Source: Octopus sinensis (taxonomy: Eukaryota). Taken from it: a stretch of 64,000 nt of DNA. The stretch is from positions 31,868,001-31,932,000 of the forward strand of contig NC_043008.1 of assembly GCF_006345805.1 (NCBI RefSeq). The letters run 5' to 3'. Every line of letters begins with the position of its first letter. Within the stretch, counting starts at the first letter, position 1. Position numbers and translations under genes: made by a program. Under the pieces are notes generated by a model. It did not search any database and was not told the origin of the DNA. It saw only the letters and a program-made list of their open reading frames with translations. Positions 13,101 to 28,400 of this stretch are shown here, one piece after another.

Positions 13101-14239
13101 TTGCCAACTAAATGTGGCGGTCCTATAGAGGACAATGTTACTGTTGTTTTTTAGCCCCAGGAAGACATCTCCTCCAGCTGGCCTACGACACAGTCTGTGT
13201 CTGATTAGTATTTGCAAGGGAGATCAACGCTCCCATCTCTAGCCTTATGTGATACATACAGACCCAGGTTTCTGGGTGGTTACCCATCTTGAGTGTGTTA
13301 ATCACTGGCTAGCAATGAACTCCTTCCACTTATTTTACTTAAAAAAGAGAATAAGTTCATACCTTTTTAACCATAAACTAACTTGTGTGCTTGATCGATG
13401 TGCAACCTTTAAAAATAAATAGCCTTTACTAATCGATCTTTGGTATTGCCAAGTTCAAAGTCTCTCTTTTTTTCTTTGGTAAACTATCAAAAAGTGTCTC
13501 AGTATACTAGGGCAGTCCTAAGCTTTACACATCTTACTATAATAGGCGTTATGTCCATCTGTCCATATCTTCCTCTGTTCCCTCTTCACAGCCAGACAGC
13601 TTACGATATGTTTTCAGATTACAAGGACGGTCGTCAGGAAGGTTTCTAGCATTAAAAAATCAGAAAGCATGATCATTTCGTGGTTATTGATTTTGTTTTC
13701 TTTTAATTGATAAGCCACCGTCATACTGTTTCCTTGCCTTGACATCACATGATAGTTGAGTGTCGCTATAATTCAAGTACTGTCCTTTGTTTCCAATACT
13801 CTGTGAAATATTACCTTACTTAGAAATGAGTGAGGGTTGGTGACAGGAAGGGCATCTAACCTAAGGAAATACGCCTCAACAAATTCCAGTTGACCCATGC
13901 TAGCATGGAATGGTGGATATTAAAATGATTTTATCTTTTACTATTTTACTTGTTTCAGTCATTTGACTGTGGCCATGCTGGAGCACCGCCTTTTAGTCAA
14001 GCAACTCGACTCCAGGACTTACTCTTTTTTAAGCCTAGTACTTATTCTATCGGCCTTTTTTCCAAACTGCTAAGTTACGGGGATGTAAACACACCAGCAT
14101 CAGTTGTCAAGCGATGTTGTGGGGATTAATATATATATATTGACTGATGACTGAGGGCTTCGAATGTCCCGTCCTGTGGTTCTTGTGTCGTCTCCTTGGT
14201 GTTTCACGTTCTTGTCCATGTTTGTATTTATTTTTTACT

Positions 14240-14276
<37 letters not shown>

Positions 14277-17200
14277 CATACATACATATATACATACATA
14301 CAACAGGCTTCTTTCAGTTTCTGTCTACCAAATCCACTCACAAGGCTTTGGTTGGCCCAAGGCTATAGTAGAAGACACTTGCCCAAAGTTCCATGCAGTG
14401 GGACTGAACCCGGAACCATGTGGCTCGTAAGCAAGCTACTTACCACACAGCCACTCCTACACCTATGTCTATAGTCTTGTACAAAGTTCATGAAATGTAC
14501 ATGCAACATCTGTAGGCATCACTGTAAAATGCAGACAGATAACACTATTTCATGTTGAGATCATTCTATTAATTGTTTTACTTGTAAAACACCTACAAAA
14601 GATTCATTCACTGATTTACAAGTAGCTGGGATTATTTTCCTGACATTTCTTGACCAAATTTATTAAGATGTTTGTTTTTTTTTCTTATCAATAAGAGTAT
14701 AATTTTAATTAAAATCCCATGGCTTGTTACATTCATTTAAGCACCCTTATTGTTTTCATACATTAGGAATCCCTGTCTTTTTTTATCTAGTTATTTTAAA
14801 GTTATCGCATCACTGTGTCCTTGCACTAAAATTTATGAATTGCAATGACATTGTACTTCACTGATGAGGTTCAGTAAGACTGAAACATGTCAAGAGTTGT
14901 CATACTACCAAAGATAAATCTTTTTTTTTTTTTACTGCATTATTTCCTTAATTTAATTTTTTCTTGACTAAAATTAATCATTAAGATATTTTCTTTCCTT
15001 GCTAAGAGAATTTTAAAGATTACTGGTTTGCTGCACTATGTTAACACCTACTTCATTTAATTAACCAATATTTGTTTGTTTGTTTATTCTACAGATCTTC
15101 ATCAACAATGAATTTGTGAATTCAGTCAGTGGCAAAACCTTTCCAACTCTGAATCCCTGTCATGGAGAACCTATTTGTCAGGTCCAGGAAAGTGACAAAG
15201 TAAGCATTATTTTATCTTGTTTTCTTATCTGTAGATTTAATACAGAGAAATCTGACTATATTATTGTCTTTCATTTAGTAGTGCTTTAACATTGACACTT
15301 GCATTTGGCTTTTAGTTGTTCAATTATGGGAACTAACTACACATAATCACTAAATTATTGTGAAAGTGGTTGGATATTCCACATGTAGCTATGAGATTAT
15401 GAAGTTTATAACCATGTAGTTTCAAGTTCAGTCCTACTAACTGGCACTTTGGGCAAGTGTCTTCTATTATAATTCTCATACCAACCAAAATTGTGTGAAT
15501 TTAGTTGACAGAAACTAAAAGACCCTTGTGTTGTGTGAACACCAAAGCTTTGTGAGTGGATTTGGTTGGTGGGAACTGAAAGAGGTCCATTGTGTGTGGG
15601 TACATGTGTGTTTGTCTCCTTGTCTTGAAGTCACTTGATAGTTGTAAATGATTGTCACTGTCATACAAGTGATGTTGTTCATTTCCAAAATGTTGCATTC
15701 AAAAAGTAATGGTTTTAAAGAAGAAAAATACATTATGTAAAAAAAAATATAACATTTTAAATACAAACAATAGAAAAACAAAAAAAAAATGTGATTCAAC
15801 CCATTATTTAGTTTAAATGTCAGAGCATTACCGGATTTAAAAAAATCCTGCTACATTATAATTTCCATGAGATAGAGCAGAAACAATGTTACTGTTTATT
15901 TACTGCTTTAATAGATTAATAAATAGGAAAACTGAGACTCACACAAATTCAACCACTTCAATACTAAAGCCACTAAAAATACTTTCCCAATGAATGGTAA
16001 ATGTCTTTTTATAAACAATAAGGTATAGTCTTTGAAATCTCATAGATGACAGATGCAAGACATCATATAGGTTAAGCGAAAAATCTTAAAACAAGATTAT
16101 CAATATAGTTATTCAGAAGAAATAAGATAATTCACTTCATATATGTGAAACCTAAAGTGTCAAAGTATTATTTTTTAAATCAGCTGATTGGTCAAAGAAA
16201 CAGTATGCTTCATACTTGAACATATTTGAAAAACTTCACTATCTTAAAAATATTGTGTGCTTAATATATTTATTGACCTTTATACATTAAGAGTACCTCC
16301 TCACCATCTCTCAGTTTCTCCCTTTCCAGTTGGGAAACTATGCATCTCCTCTTTTGTTTGATGCCTGTTCTTACCCCTCTATCATACTTTCACCTCCTTT
16401 GATACTATACTACACTCAATTGAGGGTTCTTGGAAGTGTTCATTTGTGCTGGAGCCGTGTAAAAATCACCCAGTACACTCGGTAAAATGGTTGGCATTAG
16501 GAAGGGCATTCAGCTGCAGAAACCATGCCAAAGCAGACATTGGAGTTTGAAGCAGTCCTCTTGCTTGTTGGTTCCTGTTGAACCATTTAACTTATGCCAA
16601 CATGGAAAATAGATGTTAAATAATGATGAGGATGTAACAGCTGAACATATTGAATTCAAAGTTGGAATTGGTTTCTTTTTCACCAGAAGTTAAAAATTTC
16701 CCTCTGTGTAAATAAGTTCTTGATTATTCTTACTGGCAGTTGCATCTTAATGTTTACTTTTTTTTTTTTTTTTCTTACATGAATGGTTAAATCTTCCATT
16801 CAGACAGGTCTTATTTTCCATGTCCCCTTTCTCTGGCATATTTCAAATGCTACAGAGAAAAAAAAATTGACTTTTATACACACATACATTCATATATACA
16901 TACAAAGTTAATATACTAATGATCTAAGATTTGTCGGGTTTTTTTAATTTTTTTCCCCACACATGCTTTATAATCACTTCCTTTGTATTATCCTCCTTCA
17001 ATCTGAAATTATGAATATTACGTTATTCTCAGTCATCAGCCTACCATCAGTAACTGTCAAGTTGCATTTTATTATTCAAGGTCTTACAGCTTACATTCTT
17101 TCCTCTTTAAATGCCTCTCCATTAATTTCTCTGTCTGTTTCCCCACTTCCCTTTTCACTGTCTTGCTGTTTCTATATAATTTTGCTCCTAACATCTTTCT

Positions 17201-20200
17201 CTTTCTTTTTTGCAACCAATTCATATACTTTCACATCACTTAATCGTTCTCATAACCCAGTTTCTACCTGTCTGATATAAACTTTAACATCCCATCCTTT
17301 ACATTTTTTTTTCCTTCTTTCTATTCTTTTTGTTCCTCTTATCTTTTAGATTTCTTTTTCCGTCTTTTTAAAAGTTAATACTTCTTTTACACGTGTACAC
17401 ATTTGCATATGTGCCCTGGTTTTTAGAGTATGCTCACCATATTTTTGTGTATTAGAAGAGGCAACAAAGAAGTTGGTATCAGAAGGGCATTTGGTTATAT
17501 CAACCAGGACAAGACTAACATGTTATATATTGCTGGTCACAAAGCAGTTCCTTGCATTCTTTTAACTTTCAAATTATGCCACCATACTGTCTGGGCAGCT
17601 TGGCAGACAAGCCAACAAATGTTGCCTCAAACAGTCTAATCTAAGAGCAGACATGAAACAATAAGAATATTTTCTCCATTCACATTTTAAATCTTAATCC
17701 ATTCTTCTGTTAATTTTTTAATCCTATATTCATGTACTTCATATTTTGTTTCATAACTTGATATTTTGATTTAGATATTGCTTTGTATTATTTCAAATAA
17801 ATTGTCCCTTAATTCTTGGACCGTGTGTGTTGGTGCAGGTGTGGCTGTGTAGTTAAGTTTGTTTCCTAACCACATGGTTTTGGTTTCACTCCCACTGTAT
17901 GGCACCTTAGGCAAGTATTTCCTCAGGCCAACCAAAGTTTTGAAAGTGGATTTGGTAATAAGAAACTGAAAGAAGTCCATCATATACATATGTTTGTGTC
18001 ATTCATTTCTAATATTCAGCAAAAACATGCCTGGCCATGGGGCAATATTATTTTGCTTGGAAACAGATTATAGTTGGTGACAGGAAGGACATCCTAACAT
18101 AGAAAAACCTGCCTCAGCAAACTCCATCTGACCCATTCAAGCATGGAAAAGTGGACATTAAAACAATAAGCGTATCATCATCCTCATTTAATGTCCATTT
18201 TCCCTGCTGACGTAGGATGGATGGTTTGACAGATAGCTGGGCAGATGACCGCACCAAGATTCACTATCTGTTTTGGCATGATTTTTACAGCTGGATGCCC
18301 TTCCAAATACCTTCCATTTTACTGTGTGGACTGGTTGCTTTTTACGTGGCACCAGCACTAGTGGGCACACCAAGTAACTTGCAAGACAAAGATCCTTTGA
18401 GGTGGGGAAGTGTCATTGGAGGAGGTGACCTTGTGCCAGGTGACGAGAGGTTAGTGTGACTGAAGGATAGAAACAGGTGTCTTGCTGTAGTGTTTACCCA
18501 ATTAGAGGTAGAGAGCAAGAGAGAGATGTTAGCATGTATACATGTAAAATGAAGTTTCAGTAATTGATATTCTAGTTTGTTCAAACACTTGAACTACTTA
18601 TTCATTGAATTTTCAATCAAGTGGTGAAGAATTCCTCTAACTCTTAATGTAATCTTCCGATATATTTTACAAAGACTCTTAGCAGTTAATTTACAATAGA
18701 CTGATGGCTATAAAAATGTTGAAATATGTCATATTTAATACAAGAATTTTTCATCTATTTATAATTGAAAGTTAATTCTTTTTAAAAAATTGAGTTTCTG
18801 AAAAGAGCAAGTTGAAAGAAAATATTTATTGATTTAATTTGAATTGATTTTGTGCGTGAGGGAGATATAATTGAGTTTGTATGCATGGGTGAAAGTGGGT
18901 TGAGGTTGATTGTAATTCACTACAATTGATTTTTTTTTATATTTAAAAATTTGTTTCATTTACCTTTATTTCTGTTTTTATCAATATGTTTGCAGGCTGA
19001 TGTAGACAAAGCTGTAGCAGCTGCTAAAGCTGCTTTCAAGTGGGGCTCAGAATGGCGCCGTACAGATGCAAGCAAAAGAGGTTTGCTGCTCAACAAGTTG
19101 GCTGACTTGATTGAGAGAGACCTTGTCTATGCTGCAGTAAGTAATAGTAGTATTCATGTAATTCTTTTCCTTTTCTGATTTGCTCTGCTGCTATTTTTAA
19201 TTGTGACTGCTCAGATGCCTTAGATTTTTATTGTTGCTTTTTTTTCTCATGACCTCAAATTACATTTGTGTGTGTTATATATACTAGCACTATGACCCGG
19301 CGTCGGGTCATAGTGCTAGCGCATGCATATACAGCTGCATGCCTGCATACATACACACAAGTATTGTCCAAATCTCCGACCAATCACATACATTGGCATT
19401 TAATTGGCGTGTTAAGTTTCGGGCATTTTGATTGGGTTTTGGATAGAAAATTCACAAAAAAGTCACTTCTATTGATTTTTTAATGGCTTTGGGTGACTGG
19501 GGAAATGTAAAGATGTGCACGACCATCTTTGAACGGTTTTGAATGACCATAGAAAGTGCTAGCCCTCTAACTGAAAAATGGTGTGTATAAAGGACACACA
19601 CACATTTTGCTATATATATATATATATATACTAGCAGTATCGCCCGGCGTTGCTCGGGTTTGTAAGGGAAATAACTATATAAGCATTTTTAGAGAGTTAT
19701 AGCCAAAGAATAGCAAAAAATGCATTAAAAATGGAAAAAATATGATGGTAAATTTTTTGAAAAATCGTTGACTCATCGTAGACATTTTTAGAGAGTTACT
19801 TCCTTATATAATAGCGAAAAAATGCATTAAAATGGAAAAAAAACGATGGTAAATTTTTTTTTAAATCGTAGACTCATGTAGACGCTTTCTTAGCCATTTC
19901 TGTTTTGGTGTCTTCAAGCCATGAAGTCGTTGTTCTAAAAGAACGCTGGTCTCCTTGACAATGCATTACGACGTTGATTTCCTTACATTCCCTTCCCCAC
20001 AGGTGCAGGTGTGAGCGTGGACGCCAACTCCGCTGCCATCGACACACGAAAAATTATGCATTAAAATGGAATAAAAAATGATGTTAAATTATTTTTAAAA
20101 TCGTAGACTCATCGTAGACGCGCGCTAATACTCAGACGGGCTCGATATGAATCACGACTATAAGCTACCCGAATTTGGTTAAACTGCACCGCAAAATGTG

Positions 20201-23200
20201 GGAGTAGTTAGGAATCTAAATCGAAGGGGACAGACACTCACACAACTACAGTTTTATATATATAGATATACATAGCGCAGTAGTGGTGAGATGTGACAGC
20301 AAAGAAAAGCATACATTCGCTCTCTGCATGCAATTAGACTCGGAAAGTTCGTGAGGAACCCATTGACCCAATTTGCTGACTTTTCCGATAGCACACAGGT
20401 CTCAATGAATGGTTGAATGACCAAATCCAAGCTTCTCTGCTAGTTCCTCAACAGTTACGATGAGATTTTGTTCCACCAGGGTTTTCAGGATGTCCTTGTC
20501 GAGTTCTACAGATCTTTCAGGATGAGGCTCATCTTCTAGGCTGTTCCAATATAGCTTTGAAAAAAATAGCTGTTAAAATCGAAATGCACTCTTCAAAACT
20601 TGCACTATGAATAAGGACAAGATAAAATTACTACCTGCTTTTATAGCAAGTTAATATAAGTAGTTTATCCCATTCCCCTCTGACTTTTAGTTCAAGCTGT
20701 TGAAAAAACCGCATTATTATATATATATATATACATACATACATACATATACACACACTATCTCTCTCACACACATGCACACATTTATATTCTGTTATTC
20801 TTTTATATGTTTCAGCCTTGAGGTTGTGGCCATGCTGGATCATGTGTGTGTGTGTGTGTGTCTATCTGTCTGTCTGTCTGTATGTATATATGTATATGTA
20901 TGTGTGTGAACAATAATATTTTCAACAGATGTGTTGCAAATGTATCTGATTGTTCTCAAGCTTCAATACTGTGTGTGTGTATGTATGTGTGTGTGTGTGT
21001 GTGTGTGTGTTTGTTTACTTTATTACTAACACAAGCCACTACGGTTATTTAATGTAAAGTCCTCCTCAAATCACTATCTCTGGCTATTTACTCTCTTCCA
21101 AGAACATTTTCACTCACACTTATGTGTTAGCTTCCCATACATTTTACTCATGTATCTATCAGCGTGATAGAGAGAAACAAATATTACATCTAGTTTCACT
21201 TTATTCGTTGCCCACTGTGTGTGTGCGTGTGGTGTAAACCAGACTAAGAAAAGCATTTGACACACACACCAGAATGTGAGTTTTCTGTAAATTTTGCTTA
21301 ATTGGAGTTTAAATTTTAAAAACTGGACCTGACCTGACATGACGCGATGCATTGTACTCTCAAAACTGCTAGGTAAATTGTAATTGAAGAAATCCTATAT
21401 TGTAGATTTGTATAACTCCCAAAGGGAGGCAGATAAAATCTGCCTTTTATAATAAGAGATATATATATATATATATATATCTGTCCAATCCATGCTATAT
21501 CGGAAAACACTAAATGAATGGTGTGTGTGTATATATAAAAAACAATATCAAACACACTCAGAAAGTATGTTTTTTTTTACAATTTGTAGGTAGATTGCAC
21601 TTATAGGCATAACACCATTTTGCTTATAGTCCTAGACAGTGATTTAGCTTGCATCAGACCTCATTTTGAGTACGTGGTGTTGACAAGTCACAAAAATGAT
21701 GAAACATTGATGTCTACTGCTCTTGAATGGAACCAGATGCAAGTTCTCATTTGTCTACGACTTTCAGATGTTTTAACGCCAGGTGAATGGATGAGAATAT
21801 ATTCTCTTACACCTATAAACACAGCACACCCACTAACTAGCAGAGCACATACCTTGTGTATATATATTTTTTCATATCGTTTATATCCTTCAAGCTGCTT
21901 CTAATTTATATTTGAATGTAGGGTGACCTGCTGTGCTTGAGGAGACCTATGGAGTCAAGTACATCAAAATAAATATCAAATGGAAATTGTAGTTGTGATA
22001 CCTGTGCCGGTGGCATGTAAAAAGCACCATCCGAACGTGGCCGATGCCAGCGCTGCCTTGACTGGCTTCTGTGCAGATAGCACCTAAAAAGCCCCTACTG
22101 CACTCACGGAATGGTTGGCGTTAGGAAGGGCATCCAGCTGTGGAAACACTGCCAGATCAAATTGGAGCCTGGTGCAGCCTCCTGGCTTCCCAGACTCCGG
22201 TCGAACCATCCAACCCATGCTAGCACGGAAAACGGACGTTAAACGATGATGATGGTATTCCATTGGTACGATGATAAAGGTTCCAACTAGTCCAATCAAC
22301 GGAACTGTGTGCTTGTGAAATTAAAGTACAAGTGGCTGAGCACTCCACAGACATGCATGCCATTAACATACTTCTCAGGGATGTTCACTATGACAAGGCA
22401 TATGTGCATTATTGTTCTTTTGCCTCGATATCATATGATAGATGTAAATGGATATCACTGTCATGCAAGCAGTGTCTGTCATTTCTGATTTTCCATAAAA
22501 ACATTTGGTTATGAGGGAAATATTAGCTTACTTGGAAACAGGTGAGGATTGGTGACAGGAAGGACATCCAGCCATAGAAAATCTGTCTCAACAAATGCTA
22601 CTTATCCCAGGCAAGCATAGAAAAGTAGAAAGTGATGATTTCATTATATAAGCATTGGGTGTCATCCAATAATGTCCTGAGTGTCATATCTGTTTTCTAA
22701 TTCCTGTTCATTGTTGTAGAGTCTGGAAACATTGGATTGTGGCAAACCTTACAAAGCAGCATTTGGTGATATAGCATTTAGTGTCAATTGTCTACGATAT
22801 TATGCTGGTTGGGCAGACAAGGTTGAAGGAAAGACAATTCCAGTGGGTAAGTTCAGAACTCTTGTTTCTCCGTTTCTGTCCAACACCCTTGATCTACCGC
22901 TCTTTCTTTCTCTGCTTCGTTTTCTCTCGTTCGTTTTCTTTCTTTCTCTTGTTCATTTTCTTTCCTTCTCTTGTTCGTTTTCTCTCATTCGTTTTCTTTC
23001 CTTTTCTCAATTTTCTTTCCTTTTCTCAATTTTCTTTCCTTTTCTCGTATTTTCTTTCCTTCTCTCACTCGCTTTCTTTCTTTCTCTCCTTTGCTTTCTT
23101 CTCTCCTTCGCTTTCTTTCCTTCTCTCGCTCGCTTTCTTTCCTTCTCTCACTCGCTTTCTTTCCTTCTCTTGCTCTCTTTCTTTCCTTCTCTCGCTCTCT

Positions 23201-25392
23201 TTCTTTCCTTCTCTCGCTCTCTTTCTTTCCTTCTCTCGCTCTCTTTCTTTCCTTCTCTCGCTCGCTTTCTTTCCTTCTCTCGCTCGCTTTCTTTCCTTCT
23301 CTCGCTCGCTTTCTTTCCTTCTCTCGCTCGCTTTCTTTCCTTCTCTCGCTCGCTTTCTTTCCTTCTCTCGCTCGCTTTCTTTCCTTCTCTCGCTCGCTTT
23401 CTTTCCTTCTCTCGCTCGCTTTCTTTCCTTCTCTCGCTCGCTTTCTTTCCTTCTCTCGCTCGCTTTCTTTCCTTCTCTCGCTCGCTTTCTTTCCTTCCCC
23501 TCGCTCGCTTTCTTTCCTTCCCCTCATTTTCCTTTTCTCGCATTCAATTTTTTGCTGTGTTCAAATTTTACTGACTCTCACTCACTCACATCTATGCATA
23601 CACAATGTGTGTATGCATTTGCTCACATGCATAGGCACACACACACACGTATGTATGTACCCACACAAGTGCCAGTTACTGTTTGCCAAATTTCATTAGA
23701 ACTTTAGTCAATCCAACACTATGGTAGGAGACACATGTCCCAAAGTGTTTTGTAGTGTGATTAAACATGGAATCACATATTTCTAAAGCTACTTAATTCA
23801 CGTAAATCATATGAGCAGCACTTACTTAATGGCCACCTACAAGTCCAGCTATGAAGCTACAAGCTGCGACCATCCTACATTTATTGCTTACATACATGAG
23901 CAGTTCATTCAAGTAAGTTTTGGTTATTAGAATAATTCATAGAAGTCAAGGAACCTCTTTGGTCATTTCACCTGCCATGGACAAGTCAGTTTGCAAACAA
24001 TTTTTTGAACATAAAATGTTTCAGGTGATGAATGGTGTCTTAATACAAATGCACAAAAGCTAACAACAAGCTGGGACTATCAGCAGGAGTCAGTTGCTGT
24101 CTAGCTTTCACTTGGTGCACATACCTGCTCAAATTCCCCATGCCTTCTTTTGAATTTTGCTATGGCTGAAAATATATTCAGTTTATGACCAAAGTATAGA
24201 TTCTGAAAATGCATGTGCCCCATAACTTAAATCTAACTGAAAAACATTGATTAATATTTCCAGATGGTGACTTCTTCTGCTACACCAAACATGAACCTGT
24301 TGGAATATGTGGACAGATCATTCCAGTATGTACACACTTATTTCAGTTGTTGTTTGAACTTGTAACCATTTCCATTGCTATTCGATCTCATCAAGTTTCT
24401 GTATTCTCGATTCACCAAAAACTTAATTTTTATCAGTTTTGTTATTTCATTTTAAATCTTGTTAAATAAATATCTTTGCATTAAGTTTGTTAGTTAATAT
24501 ATATGTATGTATGACACTTAACTGCATTTGCTGGTAAACATGTTCATGTAATTTTGCAGTGGAATTATCCAATTCCAATGTTCATATGGAAAATAGCTCC
24601 TGCCTTGGCTTGTGGTAATGTTTGTGTTGTGAAACCTGCTGAACAGACACCTCTCACAGCTTTATATATGGGTGCTCTGATAAAGGAGGTAAGTAATGAA
24701 TTATTGTTTTTTGTTTATTTTTCTTATTTGATAGGGTTTTACATAAAGAGCATATGGCCATACAGTAGTGAAAATATGTAGGCAGCAAATATAGAGGTTT
24801 TGCAACATGATGCTCTATAACTGTGAAATACAGGCTATATGAGTATGAAATGCCTGCAGATTCGAGAGAAGATTGAGTTGAGTAAAATCTGTTAGTCAAA
24901 TTATACAAAATAATTGTTGATAGTCAGTTTGTACTGGAGAGACAGTGATGTTGGTATACATAAAATGGAGTTTGGTGAAAGTGAGGGAGATAATGATTTG
25001 AGAAGAGGAGGAATGGTTAGATTTGATGCAAAAGCTGTCAAATGTTGCAGAGGAATTGAGATGTGCTATGTTGTTATCTAGTTTTGTTTGACCTTTAAAA
25101 CATTAGAAAAGACTTTTGACATTATTAGAATATTGGGATTGTGCATGTTAAGTCTATTTATCCTCATCAATAAATCAAAAGTAATTAGTTTGTATTATTT
25201 CAAACTGAAACCATTTCTTTTGTATATTCTCTTTGGCAAAGCATGACTTTAAAATTTCATGCACAGACACAATTGTAGTTAAGAATCCATGTGGGTCCCA
25301 CTGTGCAGTACCTTGTGCAAGTGTCTTCTTCCATAGCTTTGAGTAGACCAATACTTTAAAAGGAATTTAGTGAACAGAAACTGTGCAGAAGC

Positions 25393-25436
<44 letters not shown>

Positions 25437-28400
25437 ACACACAGAAAGGCTCCAAACAAAATGCTTAGCAGCATTTCTTTCTGTTTTAAGTAAAAATTCC
25501 ACCAGGGTCAACTTTGCCTTTCTACCTTTCAGGGTTGATGAAATAAACACCAGTTGTACTGAGGTTGATGTAAGCAACTCCCCTCCTCCAAATTTGCTGG
25601 CCTTGTGACAAATTTTGAAACCCAATATTATTCTCATTTCATTTAAGGGTGTGTGCGTTTGTGTATTTATGTATATGAATGTCTTTTGCCAGTGTATATT
25701 GGCAAAGGACAATCATCAAAATTCAATGTTCTACAAAGTTTCTTGCCATATGTTTATTTTGCTTCAAGTTACTCTCCCTTCTCATTCACACACCATCAGA
25801 AAATGCAATAAACCCATGATTGGGCGTCGTAGAAACCTGGAACTAATAATGTCATTGCAATATCAATTTAGAAAAATTAAAATAAATATTTGTTTCTTCA
25901 TTAATTCATCATCAATGATGATTAATTTATCAATGATGGCTAACTTGTCAAAACTTAGTCTCTACTAGGTTGTTTAGTTCTTGGTCAACTCTGATCAAAT
26001 ACTGGATTTACTTTCAAATTTCCTCATAATTAAAGAAAGAAAAGTGGCCATGTGCTTATGTCAAAAATCCTGTTACTTATAAGTTATAAATCATTATTAT
26101 ACTTTTGTTTTTTATTATAGGCAGGTTTTCCACCTGGTGTTGTTAACATCGTACCTGGCTATGGGCCCACAGCTGGAGCAGCAATAAGCACACACCCTGA
26201 GATTAACAAGGTAGCATTCACTGGTTCAACAGAGGTAAGTACAATATTACTAAAACATTAAACTAAAATTTACCAATATTCCTATCTTCACTGCCAGTAG
26301 TATTGTATTTAACAATTTACAATGTTAAGTGATGATTCTCACTTGAGATCACAATTCTACAAGTTTCACCCTGGCTACATTGGGGCTGTGGGACTTCCAA
26401 GTTAAAATCCTACTCAAAATTTTTTTTAGTATATAATCCTTTTGTTTTTGAACATTTCTCCCAACCTGTTCTTTTACATATAAACATATTTGGCTTGATT
26501 TTTATGCTTAATACAAGATCTGTTGCAGTGCAAATAGCACCTCTGAAACACTGAATTTAAGAAATATTTTCAGATAAAACTAATCCATATGTAATAATCA
26601 GGATTAGCAAGGATAAGTTAAAAATAAGCAAGTTAAAATATATTTGCTAACTCAAAAAATATCTGAACAAGTTGAGCAATGTAATTCCTTTTGAAGGAAA
26701 TATTCCTTAGTTTATTCCCAATAATGGTCTTCCCAACACACACACACAAATTCTTTCTTAGCTGAATTTGTGGCTACTTTTGATCTTATCTTAAAGTAAT
26801 TTAACTTCAATTTAACTTATGCTACTAATATACCCTAAGTAAAGGCATGAACATTACAAATTCTTACTTACCCTAAAATAGGAGTCATACATGGTGTATG
26901 ACTCTTTTTTTTCTGTTTTTAGGTTGGTCAAGTAATTATGCAAGCTGCTGGTGCTTCCAATTTGAAGCGTTGTTCTCTGGAACTTGGTGGCAAAAGTCCA
27001 TGTGTTATTTTTGCTGATGCTGACCGTAAGTACACATTTTTTTTCTTTGTTTCAGTCCTTCACACCACATTGTACTGTCAATTCTTTTTATTTGGTCTTT
27101 TAAGGAATTACAGATGGTCTTTGAGAATTGTCTGGCACTACAAATTCTTGTGAACCATTATTTAGTTTTCATTCTTATTAATATTAACAAACTGTGTTGT
27201 TTAGATCTGTTCAAGTAGGCCAATGATAGTTATTCTAGCTTTGACCATTCCATTTTATAAGAACCACATCATCATCGTCATTTAGCGTCCGCTTTCCATG
27301 CTAGCATGGGTTGGACGGTTCAACTGGGGTCTGGGAAGCCAGAAGGCTGCATCAGACCCAGTCTGATCTGGCAGTTTCTACGGCTGGATGCCCTTCCTAA
27401 TGCCAACCACTCCGTGAGTGTAGTGGGTGCTTTTTACGTGCCACCCGCACAGGTGCCAGACGGGGCTGGCAAAACGGCCCCGGACAGATGGTGCTTTTTA
27501 CATACCACCGGCCACGAACGGATGGTGCTTTTTATGTGCCCCCCGGCATGGAGGCCAGTCGGGGCAGCGCTGGCAACGGTCATGATCGGATGGTTCGCTA
27601 ACTTGTCACCGGCACTGGTATCACAGCTACAATTTCCATTGATGTTGATCGACTTCGATTTTGGTTCTGCTTATCCAATATTAATGTTCTCAAGTTTTTT
27701 GGGGGTTTTTTCATTTTTTTTTTATGCCTGTTTTCCTCCTGTCTCATATGAACCTGGTGTTACTGCATATTACAATTTCTTATTGATCCTGTGTCATTTC
27801 ATCTCAGAAACTCAACATTTCTGAGATTTTGCCTCCACACTTCATCCCACACTTCTCTTGATTTATAATGTTTACTATCCACTATAAGCTCACACCAGAT
27901 TTTTGACCTGATCAGACAATTATGAATGAGGCATCCACATTACAGTACCTCCCTTTTTTAAAAGAAATGGGGATTTGAAGGAGAGCTTTCTATTTTCAGC
28001 AGGTCAAGTAATCACATAGGGGCTTCATTGGTTTGAAGCTGTTATAGCCGAGAAGAATTTTTAATCGAATGAATCGATCCTAGTACTTAATTTTGTTTAA
28101 AGCTTCGTACTTATTCTATCGGTCTCTTTTGCTGACTGCAAAGTTATGGTGGATGTAAATGCAGCAACACAGGTTATTCAACAGTGGTGGACAGACACAC
28201 TCTCTAATGATGGGCTTCTTTAAGTTTCTGTCTACCAAATCCACTCATAAGGCTTTGGTCAGCCTGAGGCTATAGAAGACACTTGCCCAAGGTGCCATGC
28301 AGTGGAACTGAACCCAGAACCTTGTGGTTGGGAAGCAAGCTTCTTACCATACAGCCATGTTTGTGCCTCCACACAACCACGCCAGTTTTCTGTCAAAAAA

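Noticed and set aside
22732-23707. Long ORFs on both strands (up to 308 aa)
   Set aside because: Apart from exon 4, these are read-through of a stop-free 22-bp minisatellite.
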